Source of the DNA: Trichosphaerium sp. ATCC 40318
Taxonomy: Eukaryota > Protista > Tubulinea
Reading direction: 5' to 3'
DNA length: 64,000 nt
NCBI GenBank assembly: GCA_038496445.1
Contig: JALMLS010000208.1
Location: 1 to 64,000 of the forward strand
Shown: positions 24,509-38,600 of the stretch, one piece after another
How the letters are laid out: each line of letters opens with the position of its first letter
Numbering within the stretch: the first letter of the stretch is position 1
Program-made: the position numbers and the translations under genes
Notes under the pieces: generated by a model
Seen by the model: only the letters and a program-made list of their open reading frames with translations
What the model was told of the DNA's origin: nothing
Databases searched by the model: none

Positions 24509-25098
24509 AGGATGGTAATCAACGATTATTAGCTATGTGTCAGCGATATATAGTTATATATTAATCACAAGATGGAAAAAAACGAACAATCCTGGCGAAA
24601 ATAAATAAAAAAGTGCAAGTCCTTCAAACATCACAATTATCCTATTTGAAGCTATTTATTATTGCTTAAAAACTTCCTCTAATCTATCATTGTAAATGAT
24701 AGGATTTGACCTGAAATAATGCCATTCTATTCTAGCGTTAAGCCTACAAGGTCACTCCCAATATGTAGCATGCACTTAAAGTGCAAAGTTAGTCTACAAC
24801 CAAAAATTTTGTTTACATTTTTAGAACTACGGTTACATGGCGCATACAGTATCGCCTAGAGATACCTTGGCGCTTTTCAATCAGTTAGTGTTGAGCGCTC
24901 CTGACGTGTGAAATTACTGCGTGTCGTCTTAGTATGTTACCCAACAAATAACAAGCAATTCATTTTCAAAAAATACAAAGCTCCAAACACGTGATTTCTT
25001 GTTAAAATAACAGTCTAGCCCAGTTTCATTTCAACAAAAAGTGGTTGATTTTTTGAGTTTGAGTCAACAGCTATTCCGTAATAAGTACACGTGTCACC

Positions 25099-26332
25099 AT
25101 GGATCGCACAAGGAAATAAAAAACCGTTTGATTTGGCATCTGATACATTAAATCAAAGGTAAACGTTTTTTGTTGATGTATTGTTCTAAAATAATTTGTA
25201 GCGCTCAAAAAACGTTACTGGACATGCCCACTGAGATTATAACTATTATTCTAAGTCATACAACCAAATCGCGATTTGCGGCTTGTCAAACATGTCGTAT
25301 CCTTTCTTCTATCATTCACGACATTGTTGGGTACCATAGTATACGTATAACAACAGAAAAACAAGTTAAACAAGTTGTAAAGCATTGTGGAATCATGAAA
25401 CACACAATGATCAATTTAGTAAATAGTAGAGCTTTAAGGTTTCCGTCTGACAAGATTGTGGAACAATTTGCAGGAGTTCATACAATTGCCTTGATAGGTT
25501 GTCGACAAATTACAGACAAATCAATGATATATTTGGCAGGAGTTCATACAATTGACCTTTCTAATACATCAGTGACAGATGAAGGAGTCAAAGCACTTGT
25601 TGGCATACATACTATTAAACTTTCTCACACCTCTATAACTGATATCGGAGTGAAAGCACTTGTTGGAGTTCATACACTTGACTTAAGCTTTTGTGAGCAA
25701 ATTACAGATGAAGGTGTTATACCTCTTACAGGTGTTCATACTATTGACCTTTATCGTACATCAGTGACAGATGAAGGAGTGAAAGCACTCATTGGTGTTC
25801 ATACTATTCAACTTTGTGGCACATCTGTAACAGATGAAGGAGTGAAAGCACTCAAAGGTGTTCATAGTATTGACCTTCGTTGGACTGCAATGACAGATGA
25901 AGCACTCCAAAGTCTTGTTGGTGTACACACAATTGACCTGCGTTATTGTGATAATATTACAGTTGAAGGAATCAAAGCACTCAAAGGTGTTTGTGAGATA
26001 AGTCTTTCTTTAGCAAGAGACTCATGGCTCAAACAACTTGGTGATGTACACACTGTCCATATCAGCCAAGGAAGGTATGTAACAGATGATGGAACAAATC
26101 ATTGACCAATGTCAAATACCTTGATTTGAGTGGTTTCCTAAAGATAACAGACTTGGGTTTTAAGACATTGGTCAACCTTGAGCGCTTAGCCCTGTATTTC
26201 TGTCCACAGATTACAAATGGTTGCTTGAACCACTTACCGTCTTTAAAACAGGTTGCAGGATTGAAAAATACCAAACTTACACAAGCAGCTGTTGAGGCAA
26301 TGGGTATCCAATATTGTGGACTGTACTTGTAA
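25099..26332 (+). pseudogene. F-box + LRR gene with frameshift near 26095
   Basis: LLDMPTEIITIIL F-box; GVHTI repeats; LRR continues in another frame (26102-26332); one 5' intron. A sequencing error is not excluded. Confidence 0.75.
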
Positions 26333-27119
26333 CTAGTTCAATTTATTTGTAATTAGTTAATAAATAGGCAATATTTATAAGCCATTGTAATGTTGTTTTG
26401 TCTATTGTACAATTTTCTAACTTTTGGATTATCATATTCTTTTTAAGTGTGTGCTATAAATAGCTTCTCAACTTATCCTGACTTTGGTAACAGACCTGCA
26501 TTTGGAATTGGTACTGGTATTTTTGGGAGATCCACTCGAAGAGGTCCACAAGGCACTAAATAAAATCAAAACCAATCATATCACAATAGCTTCTATTAAC
26601 AAATGCTGGTGACACTGAATTGTCTGCCTTTTCTGGCGTCCTTTCATTACTAAGATCGTTTGCCTCTGTTTAATCTTATAAAGTACTCGCCCTGTATCAA
26701 AAACGTAGAGGTGGCCGCTAAACGGCTTAGCCGATACCAGACCACGACCACCTCTACAATTATGTCAATATCAATTTGCTCTGTATTTGTAGCTTAACGA
26801 ACCTCTTTAAAATTATCAAAAACACAACACTGACAACCAATGATCCGCATGGGAATCCAGACTTCTGCTTTTAATCAAACAGACAATATTTCATCAAAGT
26901 TTTAAGTAGAAGATGATAAAACAGAATTTATGGCTGTACACGTGTTTTCTCCGGTTACAGAAGTTGGGTAAGCTTAGATTACTCTCATAAATCAACTACA
27001 AACAGCCTACAGCCCTTATACAGAACCTGCTCGAGCAGAATCACCCACATCCCACAAGACGTTTCGTTCAAGTTTTCAGCCTGACAGGTCAAATATGGAA
27101 ATAAAAATTTTTGTGGGAT

Positions 27120-27455
27120 TGTTAAATCACGTGGGTTTAAACTTGACTATGTGAGGGCATCACATTTTAAAAGGTGAGATTCGCCAGTTCTGTCAGAAGT
27201 GTCAAATCCATCAGTAGAGCTGACAGATCAGGCAGAAACTGGATTTTTTTGTTTGTTTTTATCAAGCTAAAAGCCCTGGTAGCGCCCACAGCAACGTCGG
27301 TAGTGTTGTGAGGTTTTTATGTCAATATAACTGCTTTGTTGTTTCAATGCTGTGAGAGCGCTTCTGTTAGCGTGGAGTAGGCGCTAGCGCAGCGTTTGTA
27401 AGCTATGTACACATATGTTGATTTTTAAAGCAAACACAAACGGCAAATAGTGTTG
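27120..27455. repeat. Dispersed two-module repeat shared with 57850-58225
   Basis: CTGTCAGAAGTGTCAAATCC...GGCAGAAACTGG recurs at ~58167-58225 in the same orientation; 27285-27455 recurs as reverse complement at ~57850-58025. Confidence 0.75.
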
Positions 27456-27624
27456 GTGGAAAGCTCAAGCTTTGTAGATCAATAACCTTTTAATTCGCTT
27501 TTAGCTCAATAAAGGATGTTGACAATTCGATTGACTTAACACAAAAATACAATCTCATGCTTAAGTTTACCTAAAACCGTTTAGCGCTAGCTTTGAAACT
27601 ACTTCTTGCTAGTACACAGAAAAA

Positions 27625-28620
27625 ATGAACCAAAACAGCGCATTCTTTGATGAGATACCTGTTGAAGTCATTGTTCATATTCTACAATACGTTTCGCTCT
27701 TAACTATGCACTCAGTTGTTCGTACATCCAAACTTTTATCAAATATCGCAATAAATCACGTGGGATACGTAAACACAAGGAAAATCGTTCTTAAAACACC
27801 AAAAAAGCTGAAAGAGCTCTTCAAAACACTGCCACACCTCATACACACCAATAGTATTACTCTTCGATTCTCTATCAAACAAAAGCATCTAAAGTATCTA
27901 CAAGGAGTATACAATCTAAAATTAAAGATAAAAGACTTGCTGAAGGTTGATTTTACAAACCTCAAGATTGTTAACTGTATTAACCTCTTTCATTGTAAGA
28001 ATCTTACTGATGATCACCTTGTACAACTTGCTGGAGTACACAAGATTATATTGTGGAACACAAATGTGACAGATAAGGGTGTTAGAGCGTTGTCTGGTGT
28101 TCACACGATTGACTTACGCAATTGTATAAATGTTACAAGCGATGGTATTAAAGCACTAGCTGGTGTTCATTCTATTAAACTTCGTGGCTGTAGTGTTACA
28201 GACAATGGTGTTAAGGCATTGGCTGGTGTTCATAAAATTCTCCTGGATAAATGTGATGTAACAGATGATGGCATCAAAGCGTTGGTTGGCGTTCATACGA
28301 TCAGAATATATAGTTGTGACTCTGTTACAGATGATGGTATCAAAGCACTAGCAGGTGTTCATAAAATTGACTTAAGCATGGATCATATTACAGATGATGG
28401 CATCAAAGCGTTGTCTGGTGTTCATACTATTAGACTACAGGATTGCCATAGTGTTACAAATGATGGTATCAAAGCATTAACTGGAGTTAATACCATTGTT
28501 GTGGAATATTGTATACAAGTTACAGAAGCTGGCATAAAAGCATTGGAGGGTGTTCCTTCTGTAACGTTTTTTGATGAACCTGTAGGTGGTTTGCTTCAAC
28601 GTTTACTTCGTAAAAAGTAG
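27625..28620 (+). CDS. F-box + LRR protein, intronless
   Basis: MNQNSAFFDEIPVEVIVHILQY plus GVH repeats; close paralog of 4755-6125. Confidence 0.9.
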   Translation: MNQNSAFFDEIPVEVIVHILQYVSLLTMHSVVRTSKLLSNIAINHVGYVNTRKIVLKTPKKLKELFKTLPHLIHTNSITLRFSIKQKHLKYLQGVYNLKLKIKDLLKVDFTNLKIVNCINLFHCKNLTDDHLVQLAGVHKIILWNTNVTDKGVRALSGVHTIDLRNCINVTSDGIKALAGVHSIKLRGCSVTDNGVKALAGVHKILLDKCDVTDDGIKALVGVHTIRIYSCDSVTDDGIKALAGVHKIDLSMDHITDDGIKALSGVHTIRLQDCHSVTNDGIKALTGVNTIVVEYCIQVTEAGIKALEGVPSVTFFDEPVGGLLQRLLRKK

Positions 28621-29644
28621 CAGTTTATGTTGACTTACAAATAAAACCTGAACCTTGCACATGTCGTGCAACAGAACATTCCAATAATTTAAGTGTTGTT
28701 TAGTACTACTACAATCACTTGCAAAAAGGCTTTAGAAATTTATCATACAATATTGAAATACATGTTGTACAGATCATCTATTAGACATATTTCAAACCCC
28801 TGACCACTTTCTTCAATAATAATATAACAAACGAATTATTATTTTGTGAGAGTGGAACATGCAAGAAAGGAGAAAACGAGAGCTGTGGCAGTCATTTTGT
28901 GTTTTTCTATTTTGCCTGTTAACTAGGTAATGATATTCAGTCAACGGGCTCTGTGACACTCCGGATATAACGCTATATAGCGATCCATAACTTGTGTATA
29001 CAAACCTTACTTATTAGTACCTATACAACACCACTTGTTATCTTGTCAGTTACAAACTATTTTGATTTTTAACACTGTTCTATCATTAACGTCCAAAATG
29101 ATATACGTGCTAGTAACGTCCTTTCTCAAGTTCTTTTTGAAATCATTCAATGTAAGTTCTTTGAAGATGGTAAGGTTTATAATCAAGTAAAATTGTTCAC
29201 GTTTTACAGAAAAAGGACTCAAAGCTTAGAGATGACGTTTGTCTCAACCGTGTGTTGATCCATGTTTAGAACTACCTTCTAGAAGTTTTACCTACAAGCT
29301 ATGGATTGGTTGTAATGTATTACTTGGTAGATACAAGGTATGTAGCAAATTAGAGAACCCACTGTAGGCTTTCTTAGGATGCCAAACTTGCCAAAATTCA
29401 AATAGTGCGCCACAAGTAGCCCAAGGGACTTTCCGGGATAAATTGGCCAAATTTCTAAAGCAAAAAGAGCTTGTACACTACACAAGTAGTGCCAGCAAAA
29501 ATACCTTTAGAACACATAAGCACATTTCTGGCTTTTACTTTTATTGCGTCTTTATACGTTGAATAAACATACATGGTAAGGATTCAAGCTCAAGAGCATG
29601 CACATAATAAAATTGTATGAGTTTAATTCTTCTTCTATCAATGC

Positions 29645-30955
29645 TCAATGTGTCATCAATTGTGCGCCCAAAGCTAAGACAGCAGCTGTTGTACACTTTG
29701 TACCTTTTACAACTATTCCAAAAGCACCTTGAAGAGCTGATATCCCTTCATCTGTTACAAGACGACAATTCTTTAGACTTATTGTGTGAACACCTGCAAG
29801 AGCCTTAACACCTCTATCTGTTATCTTGACACAGTCATTCAACCATATCTTGTGTACACCAGCAAGGTGAATGACACCTTCATCTGTGATATCACTGCAA
29901 CCATTCAAGCGGATAGTATGCACTCCTGCAAGTGATTTCAATCCATTATCAGTTACACCTTTACAGTTGTTCAAATTTATCCTATATACCCCTTTTAAAC
30001 TTTCAAGGCATGAGTCTTGTACGATTGTCCTTTGTAACTGGATGGTGTGAATACCGGAAAAAGCTGATATTGAAGCTGCAGTTAGCTGAATACACCGATT
30101 CAAGCCAAGCACGCTGACACCAACAAGAGGTATGATATCTTCATCTTTAACCTTTAAGTGAGATAAGATGGCAGTATGTACACCTGATAGTTGTTTCACA
30201 TGATCAAGAATAACATTTTGACAATCAGAAATATCAATAGCACGAAGACACATATCACCTTTTGTGTTAATAGCTATAGCCAAATGTGAAAAACAAGATC
30301 CATCAATATTGTCACAACTAGACATTAATATTGTGTGGACTCCAGCAAGTGATTTTAAACCATTGTCAGTGACTTTGCAAGATCTGATATTTATCCAATG
30401 AACTCCAGCAAGTGATTTTATCCCTTCATCAGTTATCTTGTTACATTTTGCAATATTTACTTCGTAAGCACCTGAAATAGCTTCCAATGACTTATTTGTC
30501 AACTGGCTCATGTAGCTCACATCTATCGTATGTACACCTGACAAGAATTGAATACCTTCATCTGTGATATTGGGACAACTGAATATATCTATTTCTTTAA
30601 CACCAGCAAGCGCCTCGAGGCACTTATCACTCACTTTCATATTCCATAGTTGTAATCTTGTAACACCAGCTAACGAACATATTTCTTCGTCTGAGGCCTT
30701 GAACTTCCGGAATGATACAAAAGTATTGTTTAAAAGCAATTTTCGGCCGATTAAACTCTTTATGGACTCTGAAGACTTGATAAGGATTTTACCGTAACCA
30801 ACGTGTCTGTGGATAATGTCATAGAACAGCCAGCACGTCTGAGCAACCGAATATCGCGTTTTATTCGCAGTATACTCAAAAACGGCAGTAATGAGCTCTG
30901 CCGGCATTGTTTCAACAAAATGAGAGCCTGTGTCTTCACACCGTATACTAGTCAT
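29645..30955 (-). CDS. F-box + LRR protein, intronless
   Basis: Likely ATG 30955 (MTSIRCED); ETMPAELITAVF F-box; ITDEGI/GVHTI repeats. Confidence 0.88.
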   Translation of the reverse strand: MTSIRCEDTGSHFVETMPAELITAVFEYTANKTRYSVAQTCWLFYDIIHRHVGYGKILIKSSESIKSLIGRKLLLNNTFVSFRKFKASDEEICSLAGVTRLQLWNMKVSDKCLEALAGVKEIDIFSCPNITDEGIQFLSGVHTIDVSYMSQLTNKSLEAISGAYEVNIAKCNKITDEGIKSLAGVHWINIRSCKVTDNGLKSLAGVHTILMSSCDNIDGSCFSHLAIAINTKGDMCLRAIDISDCQNVILDHVKQLSGVHTAILSHLKVKDEDIIPLVGVSVLGLNRCIQLTAASISAFSGIHTIQLQRTIVQDSCLESLKGVYRINLNNCKGVTDNGLKSLAGVHTIRLNGCSDITDEGVIHLAGVHKIWLNDCVKITDRGVKALAGVHTISLKNCRLVTDEGISALQGAFGIVVKGTKCTTAAVLALGAQLMTH

Positions 30956-31508
30956 TGCAATAGATAACAGTTGGAGTTGTTTGAGTTTATAGTGTTGCCT
31001 TAGCAAGCGAGTTAAGCACAAATTTTGTGAAGGGTTACCACTACTCAATCACGTGTGGGAAGTTGAAAACTAAATCCTCCTGCGTGTGTTTGTTGTCCTC
31101 CATGTCAATACAAGTACTGTCTTTGGTACTTTTGCTAATAAGTTCTTGCAATGTAAGGTTCTGTAAAGAGTATTCCATTTCGCATCAAATACACGTTTAT
31201 TGTTAAGTTCTGTTTTCGCTTGGTTCTACTCCTCGCAGTGATCTATCTCTTACAGCAGGGTTCAAGTACCCAACAGTAGAAAAAACAAAGAGATAAAAAA
31301 TTTTGGTTCACCTCTGCTGGATTCTGTACAAACTTTTCTGCATTCACTGCCTGTACAACAGACACTTCTTGCCATAAATTTTAGTTGTACAAAGTCTGTT
31401 TCTTAGAAATCTGATTTTACGGCTGTAGACTGTTGACTTTGTATTTTACATAGCCAAGCTCCTTATTCTAAAACGTATAAAGCTCGGGTTGCACAAATAT
31501 TTTTATAA

Positions 31509-32374
31509 TTACATGTAGTTTTGAATTAGTTTTATGCCTCGTGCTTCAACATATTCTTTTGTTATCAACGTTCCTCCATGAACAACAAGACATTGGAGAG
31601 ATTTCAAACTCTTTAAACTATCGTTTGTAATAGCTCTACAAAAAAACAAAACCTCCAATTGCTTGATGTTCTTTAGCAGTTTGATTCCTTCACTATTTAA
31701 TTCTGATATCCGAAAATCATCAATACAAACTGTATGTACATTAGCAAGATGTTGAAGCCATGAGTTATGAGCTTCTTTTTTAACCTCAAGTGTTATCTTA
31801 TGTACGTTCTTCAGGGCCTCCACTCCATCATTTGTAATGTACTTACAACTTCTAATGTCAATTGTATGAACATTTTGAGAGCCTTCAATGAGACGTCTGT
31901 TATTCTTGTACCGGCCAACGAAATGGCGTGAATACTATATGTTCCTTGTTTTAATAATCCAAGGATACCTTCATCTGTAATATTAGAACAAGACAAGTTG
32001 ATAGTATGAACGCCACATAGTGATTGTAATCCTTTGTCTGTAAATAGCACTCTTCCTAGATGTATTCTGCGAACACCAGAAATACAAGCCAAGTCGCTAT
32101 CTGACAATTTCAACAATACTGGGACAATAATAACTGAGTTTACAAGTAATGGGCTACCTCTAAGAACGCGGCAATCAGATGGCCTATCAATACAAATGGT
32201 TTTAAAGCCAACATTATGCCGAATAATGTCATTGAACATGTGAGAAACTGTAGTAACCTGAATACGTTTTTGTCTGTTTAAATAACGTAGAGTGTGGGTT
32301 AATGTCTCTGGTGGTAACATTTGAAGGTTATTTACTTGTTTTGTACTGGTTTGTTGGAGTTCTGTGTCAGACAT
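31509..32374 (-). pseudogene. F-box + LRR gene with frameshift near 31870
   Basis: LQMLPPETLTHTL F-box; LRRs split over two overlapping ORFs. Confidence 0.7.
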
Positions 32375-32657
32375 GTCAAAAGCAAAACGATTTTGTTGTC
32401 CTAATGGAGAATAACTTTTGTTTTGTGATTCTTTACTAATGCTTAAAAAAGTTAAGCGCTAGTGGGATTTCATAAAACCAGTATTACTAAGGCGTCTCCA
32501 CATACGAAATCTCATTTCAGCGCTCAATACGCACGTGATTTCGAGCAAAAGGGATTATTGAAAAAAAAGTACAATACCGCACAGAATACTCCTTAATTAG
32601 GGTATACCATAAGTAATAACGTGATTGACGTATATACCGGCGATTAAAATTACAACG

Positions 32658-35600
32658 ATGGAAAGTATACTACATAACGTTGTAGAAACAACCGCGGAGA
32701 AAAAACCAGCGTCACCTAATGGTATACATGTCCCTACGCTATCTATAGAAGCTGTACGTATTTTTCAATTACGGGGGTAATGCTTTATGCTCTAAAGAGT
32801 GCTGTTCTTGTACACCAAGTGCTCTCCTCAAGGCCTATCGCATTTTTACCGGGTATTGAGGATGGAAGTTTTGATGCCCCATTCTCAGGAGAGATAGCCA
32901 TAGCTCCAGATGGTCATAAAAAGGAGATATTTTCAAAACCAAGCATAGTGCAAAACAATCAACTGAAATTTTGTTGTTGTGTTTTTTTTTTCTTTCACGT
33001 GTTGGAAAAAGACGCGATAACAGTTCGCCTTTTTGGGTTTTGTTCAAAACGTCTCGAGATTTTGAGTGTTGACGTCATTTAGGGTATTACTATGTTCAAT
33101 GCTGAGAAATATAAAGAAGCTTTACATATATTTAAGACAATAGCAACACGTGGAGGAAATAATCGAATCATTGCAAGTACTTTTAAAGAATTTTTATTTC
33201 TTTTGTTTTTTTTTGCATTTTCACGTACTTCACGCACTTTGCACTTCACTAAAATACCCGAACAGTAACCAAGCGATAGTCTTAAAGTATGTTACATTGA
33301 TTTTTACGCATATCACATACTTCAGATAGCAAATAAAGCTCTACTTTAAATTTATTTTGGTATTTTAGGCTCATTTCTATTTGGGCATCATGTACAGGCG
33401 CGGACATGGCGTTACACGTGATTTTTCGGCTGCTTTTAGGTGGCTTTGTCAAGCAGCAGAAGCAGGTGAGAAAAGAGCTCAGAATAACGTACGTGTAGTT
33501 ACTACTGCGGTAGGAGCGTGTCAAACAATAATTCTACTAAATCCCATAAAACGAAGTTAGCTTGTTGTTCTTTTTTTTTCTTGTTTTAGTTATACTGTGT
33601 CTCAAACCTTTTGATTATTATAATACGCATTAAAGAAATGTCAATATAACTTTTTATTGGTAACTTCATCAGCGAGATTTGGAACTTCCTTGCATTCTTT
33701 GATTTTGAGCGTTGACGGAAAAACTTTTTTGTAAATTTTTCTTCTCTTGTCGACAAAAAAAAAACTTTGTATTTCGTCTGTTTGCCTTTATATTTCGCTG
33801 ACAATAATGTTGATAGATAGGATTGATGTACAAGCGTGCTGAAGGAGTTGATCAAGATTTTAATAAAGCCCGAAAGTACGTAGTTTTTAAATTGTAAAGA
33901 ATTTATTCCCTTCTTAAACTGCAATACTTTTCGGCGCACTCTCTTTTTTTAGCGCCGCAATAAAACGGCTTGTAATAAGGTTCAAAACAATGCTAGCGGC
34001 GTTGTTATTAACGGCCTATTTTGTGCTATTTTTGCACGTGAAAGAGAAGCTATATTTATCGCTTATCTAATCGAAGGTGGATTGAGCGTAGTGCTGAAAG
34101 TAGCTACCCTCCAGCATGCTATAACATGGCTTGTTTGCTTTTGAAAGGAGAAGGATGCGCTAAAGACGAAGATAAAGCTTTATACTGGTTCAGGAAAGCA
34201 GCTGGTATGTATAGTTCTTTCTTTATCTGACAAAAAATTTTCCCGTTGATAAAGTCAAAAAAACAAATTTCTCTTTTTTTCGCACAAAACATACCGGAGT
34301 GTCAAAATCACTCACAGTGACAACGGAGAAAGCATGAAGAAAAATAACACTCTTGTACTGCAATGTTGTGGTATTATGTCTTTGTCTTGAGATTTGTGAC
34401 AGTGGGAGTGTGCGTCGAAATAATCTTTTTTCAACCAAAAACTCCTGAGCTATGATTTTGTTGGATTTTATCAAACCAAAATTTATTTCTTTTCTACGCG
34501 AAAATCTTCGCGCGAGATGCATTTATACACTTGTCAAACGCTATGCGACGCCACTCCCAGTCATATGGTGCTCAGCCATATAAAATGCCGAGCGCTTGGC
34601 CTCATAATAACAACAGTACATCAAAATCTATTTTTTTACAGCCTTTTCTTTTACAAAATACTTTTCGTACAAAAAATAGTCGTTTGATGCTTTTTGTCAC
34701 GTGATTAATTAAAAAATTTACAAAATAACACCCAAACTACCTATTTGGCATACATATTATACAAAAATACCTTATTTTTATTAACCGACATCATACGCAA
34801 CAAAACGGGGCGAAAACGCCTATTTTGATTTTTTTTTTTTTCGTATTTTTTGAAACCAATCGGAGAAACTCTTTGACGCGTTACCACGTGGATTTTTTTT
34901 ATGGTTATCAACTTAACCAAATGTATGATTGTATTGTTAACGAGAATTTCATAGTTCTTGGCGAAGGAGTTATTAAAGAAAGAGCCAGCGAACGTGCCCG
35001 TATACTGAGTAAAAGCAGAGGATCTCAACGTTCAAAATCTATGGATGTGAACGCAGCGATGAGGTACAAGGCTCAAAGGTATAATTTTTAGTTCGAGTAC
35101 TATAGAATTACTAGCGACTGCTTGATAGCGCCATCAATTTATGCTGTCACGTGCAGTTTTTTTAGACGTTTTTTGTTGAGAAAAAAGTACTCAAAGCTTA
35201 GTTATTAGTTTTCTTCGATGTAGTGATTGTTAGACAACATTTTTTCAACTTTTTAAACTAAACTCTAACTTAAGAAGGCACAAGAGCGAGCCACCTCAGA
35301 ACAAGCCTAAGAAGTACATAATGAGCAAGTAAGCGACATAAAAGTCTTCACTTTTTTTTGACTCAAAAATCAACGACAAATCTTTTTCACTCATCACGTT
35401 CATCCTCTTTGCCTCCTTTATAGCATACTAACAGTTTTCAAAAGACTGAAAGAAGATATTGACTTACCACCACACGTAATCAATGGAGAAGAACCTCAAC
35501 AAGTCCACGTAAGCAATAAATACGTACAAAACCTTCTACAGTCAAATTTCTATGCAGTTTTTTTTTAAAGTGCCGAAACGCTAACTACTGCACTTTGTAT

Positions 35601-38600
35601 TTAAATCAAACCTTTCCCATTCTAAAAAATTATATAGGAACGCGTTAGATCACCTGTTCAACCTAGAGTCGCACAAGAGCAACTTTTAAAATACCCTAAG
35701 AAAAACAAAGAAGAACTTAGAAGAAAAGTTCAATTAAAGCGTCAACAAAGACATAGATCACCTAGAGGGCAAAAACATAAACCAGCGCAGAATGGTAAAG
35801 AAGGAAAAAAGTCATCAAATGGAAAGAGAAGAGCAAAGAAATCAAAAAAGGAAACAAAAGTTAAGAGATCACATTCATCTGGACCACAATCGCCTCAACT
35901 CTACAGAGAAGACTCTCCTATGCGTGAAAAAAGAGTAAAGTTCGACTCAAACACACCAGCAGTTAGAAGGTTCGCTTATAATCACGAACAACAGCAACAA
36001 AGAGATCCACAGTTAGTAAAAGTGTCTCAGATGAGACGTAACTCATTTAATAGTATTGAGAATATTCAACTACAACCTCAACCTCCAACAAGACAACCTT
36101 CTATGCCTGCAACAAGAGCGTCTAATCGTACTTCACCGCTTCAAAGACCAACAAAACCTACGCCTATACCTAATCTTGGTTCTCCTTCTGAACTACGAAG
36201 GCATACAATCGCAACAAGTGAACCTCCTATCATTCCTGAAAGCAAGATTTTGAACGTACGTTTTTAGTCATAGAGTTTGTTTGTATGTTCCTTTGTCTGA
36301 TGTGCTTTTGTTTAGACTCAAGACTCTCTTGCTACCACAACGCAGAATGAGAGTTCTGAGATTTTAAGGCTAAGGAATCAAATAAACGAGCTAACTCAGA
36401 CTCTTGATGGGAAGTATAAAGAGATTTCTGATCTAAAAAGAGATAACTTAAGACAAACAAAACAAAACAAGAGGATAATGGAAATCTTGACTCTACAGAA
36501 ACAAGTAAGAAGCCAACAGCATAGTTTTTTTTTTTTCAAGAAAACAGCAAAAAAATCTCAATGACTAAATATAAAAAATACAACGTTTTGAGCACGTGCG
36601 AAATGAAAACAAATTTTTTGGATTACGACATTATCACGTGATTTATTTTTTTTCATTTTTTTTCTTTGTTTTTTTTCGCAGTCGTGATCTGTGAAAATTT
36701 TTAATGATTATTTTTTAAGTATCTTTTTCTATCACGTGTTGACTTTATTTGCCTTTTAGACTGTCACTGAATTATCAAGAGAACGGGAGCGCGTTTTAAA
36801 ACATACAAAGAGATTGCATAAGAAAATGACGTTGCTGAAGAATGAAACAAAAGAGTGTATTGTACCATACAGCGAGCTTCAGATTATCCGCGCATTGGGA
36901 AGTGGTAGTTACGGTGTTGTTTCTTTGGCTAAATGGAGAAGCGCTCTAGTAGCTGTAAAACAACTAAGAGCAAGAGACGGCCAAGGCTTACAAGACTTTA
37001 TCGCTGAAGCATCAAAGTTAAGGTTAGTCCACCAATTTCGTTTTTAAGTCTCTTACCCTTTTGAAACTCTTCCAATTTTGCGTTAACGCCATCATAGTCA
37101 ACTACGGCCGCACCCACATGTTGTTCAAGTACGTTTTAATACTTTTTCTATCGGCTTGCGATGATTTTAATTTCAACTTGCGCAAGTACTAAAAAAGGTT
37201 CTAGTACATTGGCGTTACACAAGACCCAGTATGTCTCATAACAGAGTACATGCCAAAGGGTGATTTATGGACGCGTTTGAGAGAAAAAACAGGGTTACTT
37301 GGTAGAGATGCATTATCAGCTATAAAAGGTGTTGCGTCTGGATTGTACGTCTTCAAAAAAACAAACGCTCCAAACAATCTTTCTAAAATCATAAAATATC
37401 CAAAAAAAAACTACATTATTTCTTTTTTCAGATCGTGTTACCCTCAAACATGTCTAAATAATTTTTTATAGGCTACACTTACACTCCGAAGGTGTTGTGC
37501 ATCGAGATATTGCGGTAAGTAAAAACCAGATATCAATACAGGATTAAAAATCTTTTTATTCTCCGCTTTGAAATCATTTTCAGATTTTAATCCTCTATTA
37601 TCTAAACCTGTCATGCTTAAAAATACTGATTTTATAATAGGGAAGGAATGTGTTGGTACGTTGTAAAAAAGGGTACTACCTTTTGCAGATATTGAGATGA
37701 TTCTTTAGATTTACGAAGATTTCCACGTGAAGTTAACGGATTTCGGTAAGATTTTTTTAAAGTTCTGGCAGATTCGCGAAAAAAATCCCATACCTTATCA
37801 CTCAACCCTAATTATTTTAGGATATGCTCGGTTACTACGAGGCGATCAAGATAACTTCACAAATCAAACTGTTGGTCCATTTAGATGGATGGTAAGCGAG
37901 TTTTTGTTAATCCCTCAAACCTCCCAACGCAGCTTCTTGTTCCTAAAAAGACATTGTAGGCACCTGAAACTATGTGGCCAATAACTGATGACGGCAAGAG
38001 ACGTTATTCCAGAAAAAGTGATGTTTGGATGTTCGGTACGAAGTCGCATTTTGGTCAAACAAAAAGTAGAATTCTTTTTTCTTGAATCATTGTTGTTTTT
38101 CTGTTTGAAAAAAAGTCAGACAAAGGCTCTATTTCTTACACAAATACTGTCTAGGTTGTTTCGTTTACGAAGTATTCTTCAGAAGAGTACCTTATGACTG
38201 GATAGAAGATGTATCTAAAATAGCTTCTGGAGTAGCTGATGGCACTTTATGTACGTCAGAACAAAAAGAGTCTCTATGCTCAAAAAAGAAAGTATTTTTT
38301 TTTTTTCGTTCCTTGCGAAAACGCGATGAGATCAGTTTTTTGCAGTGACCTGCACGCCTGTATTCAAGAATGATATTCCGTGCTTGAACTCCGAGATACT
38401 TTAGCACTGTGGAGTTTTTTTACTTACAGGATTTTACTAGCTTTACCTCTACCTGCATCCGTTCCTAAAGTTGCGAATATGATGAGGTTGTGCCTCAAGT
38501 GGGAACCTCAAGAAAGACCTTCATTCAGCGAGATTACAAAAATGATTGATCTAATTGAACCTGGAGGAATACCAATAATACCACCACCAGATACAACAAA

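Noticed and set aside
1-32374. Endogenous giant virus insertion
   Set aside because: No viral core genes (capsid, polB, packaging ATPase); the virus-like F-box genes are interleaved with intron-rich host genes.
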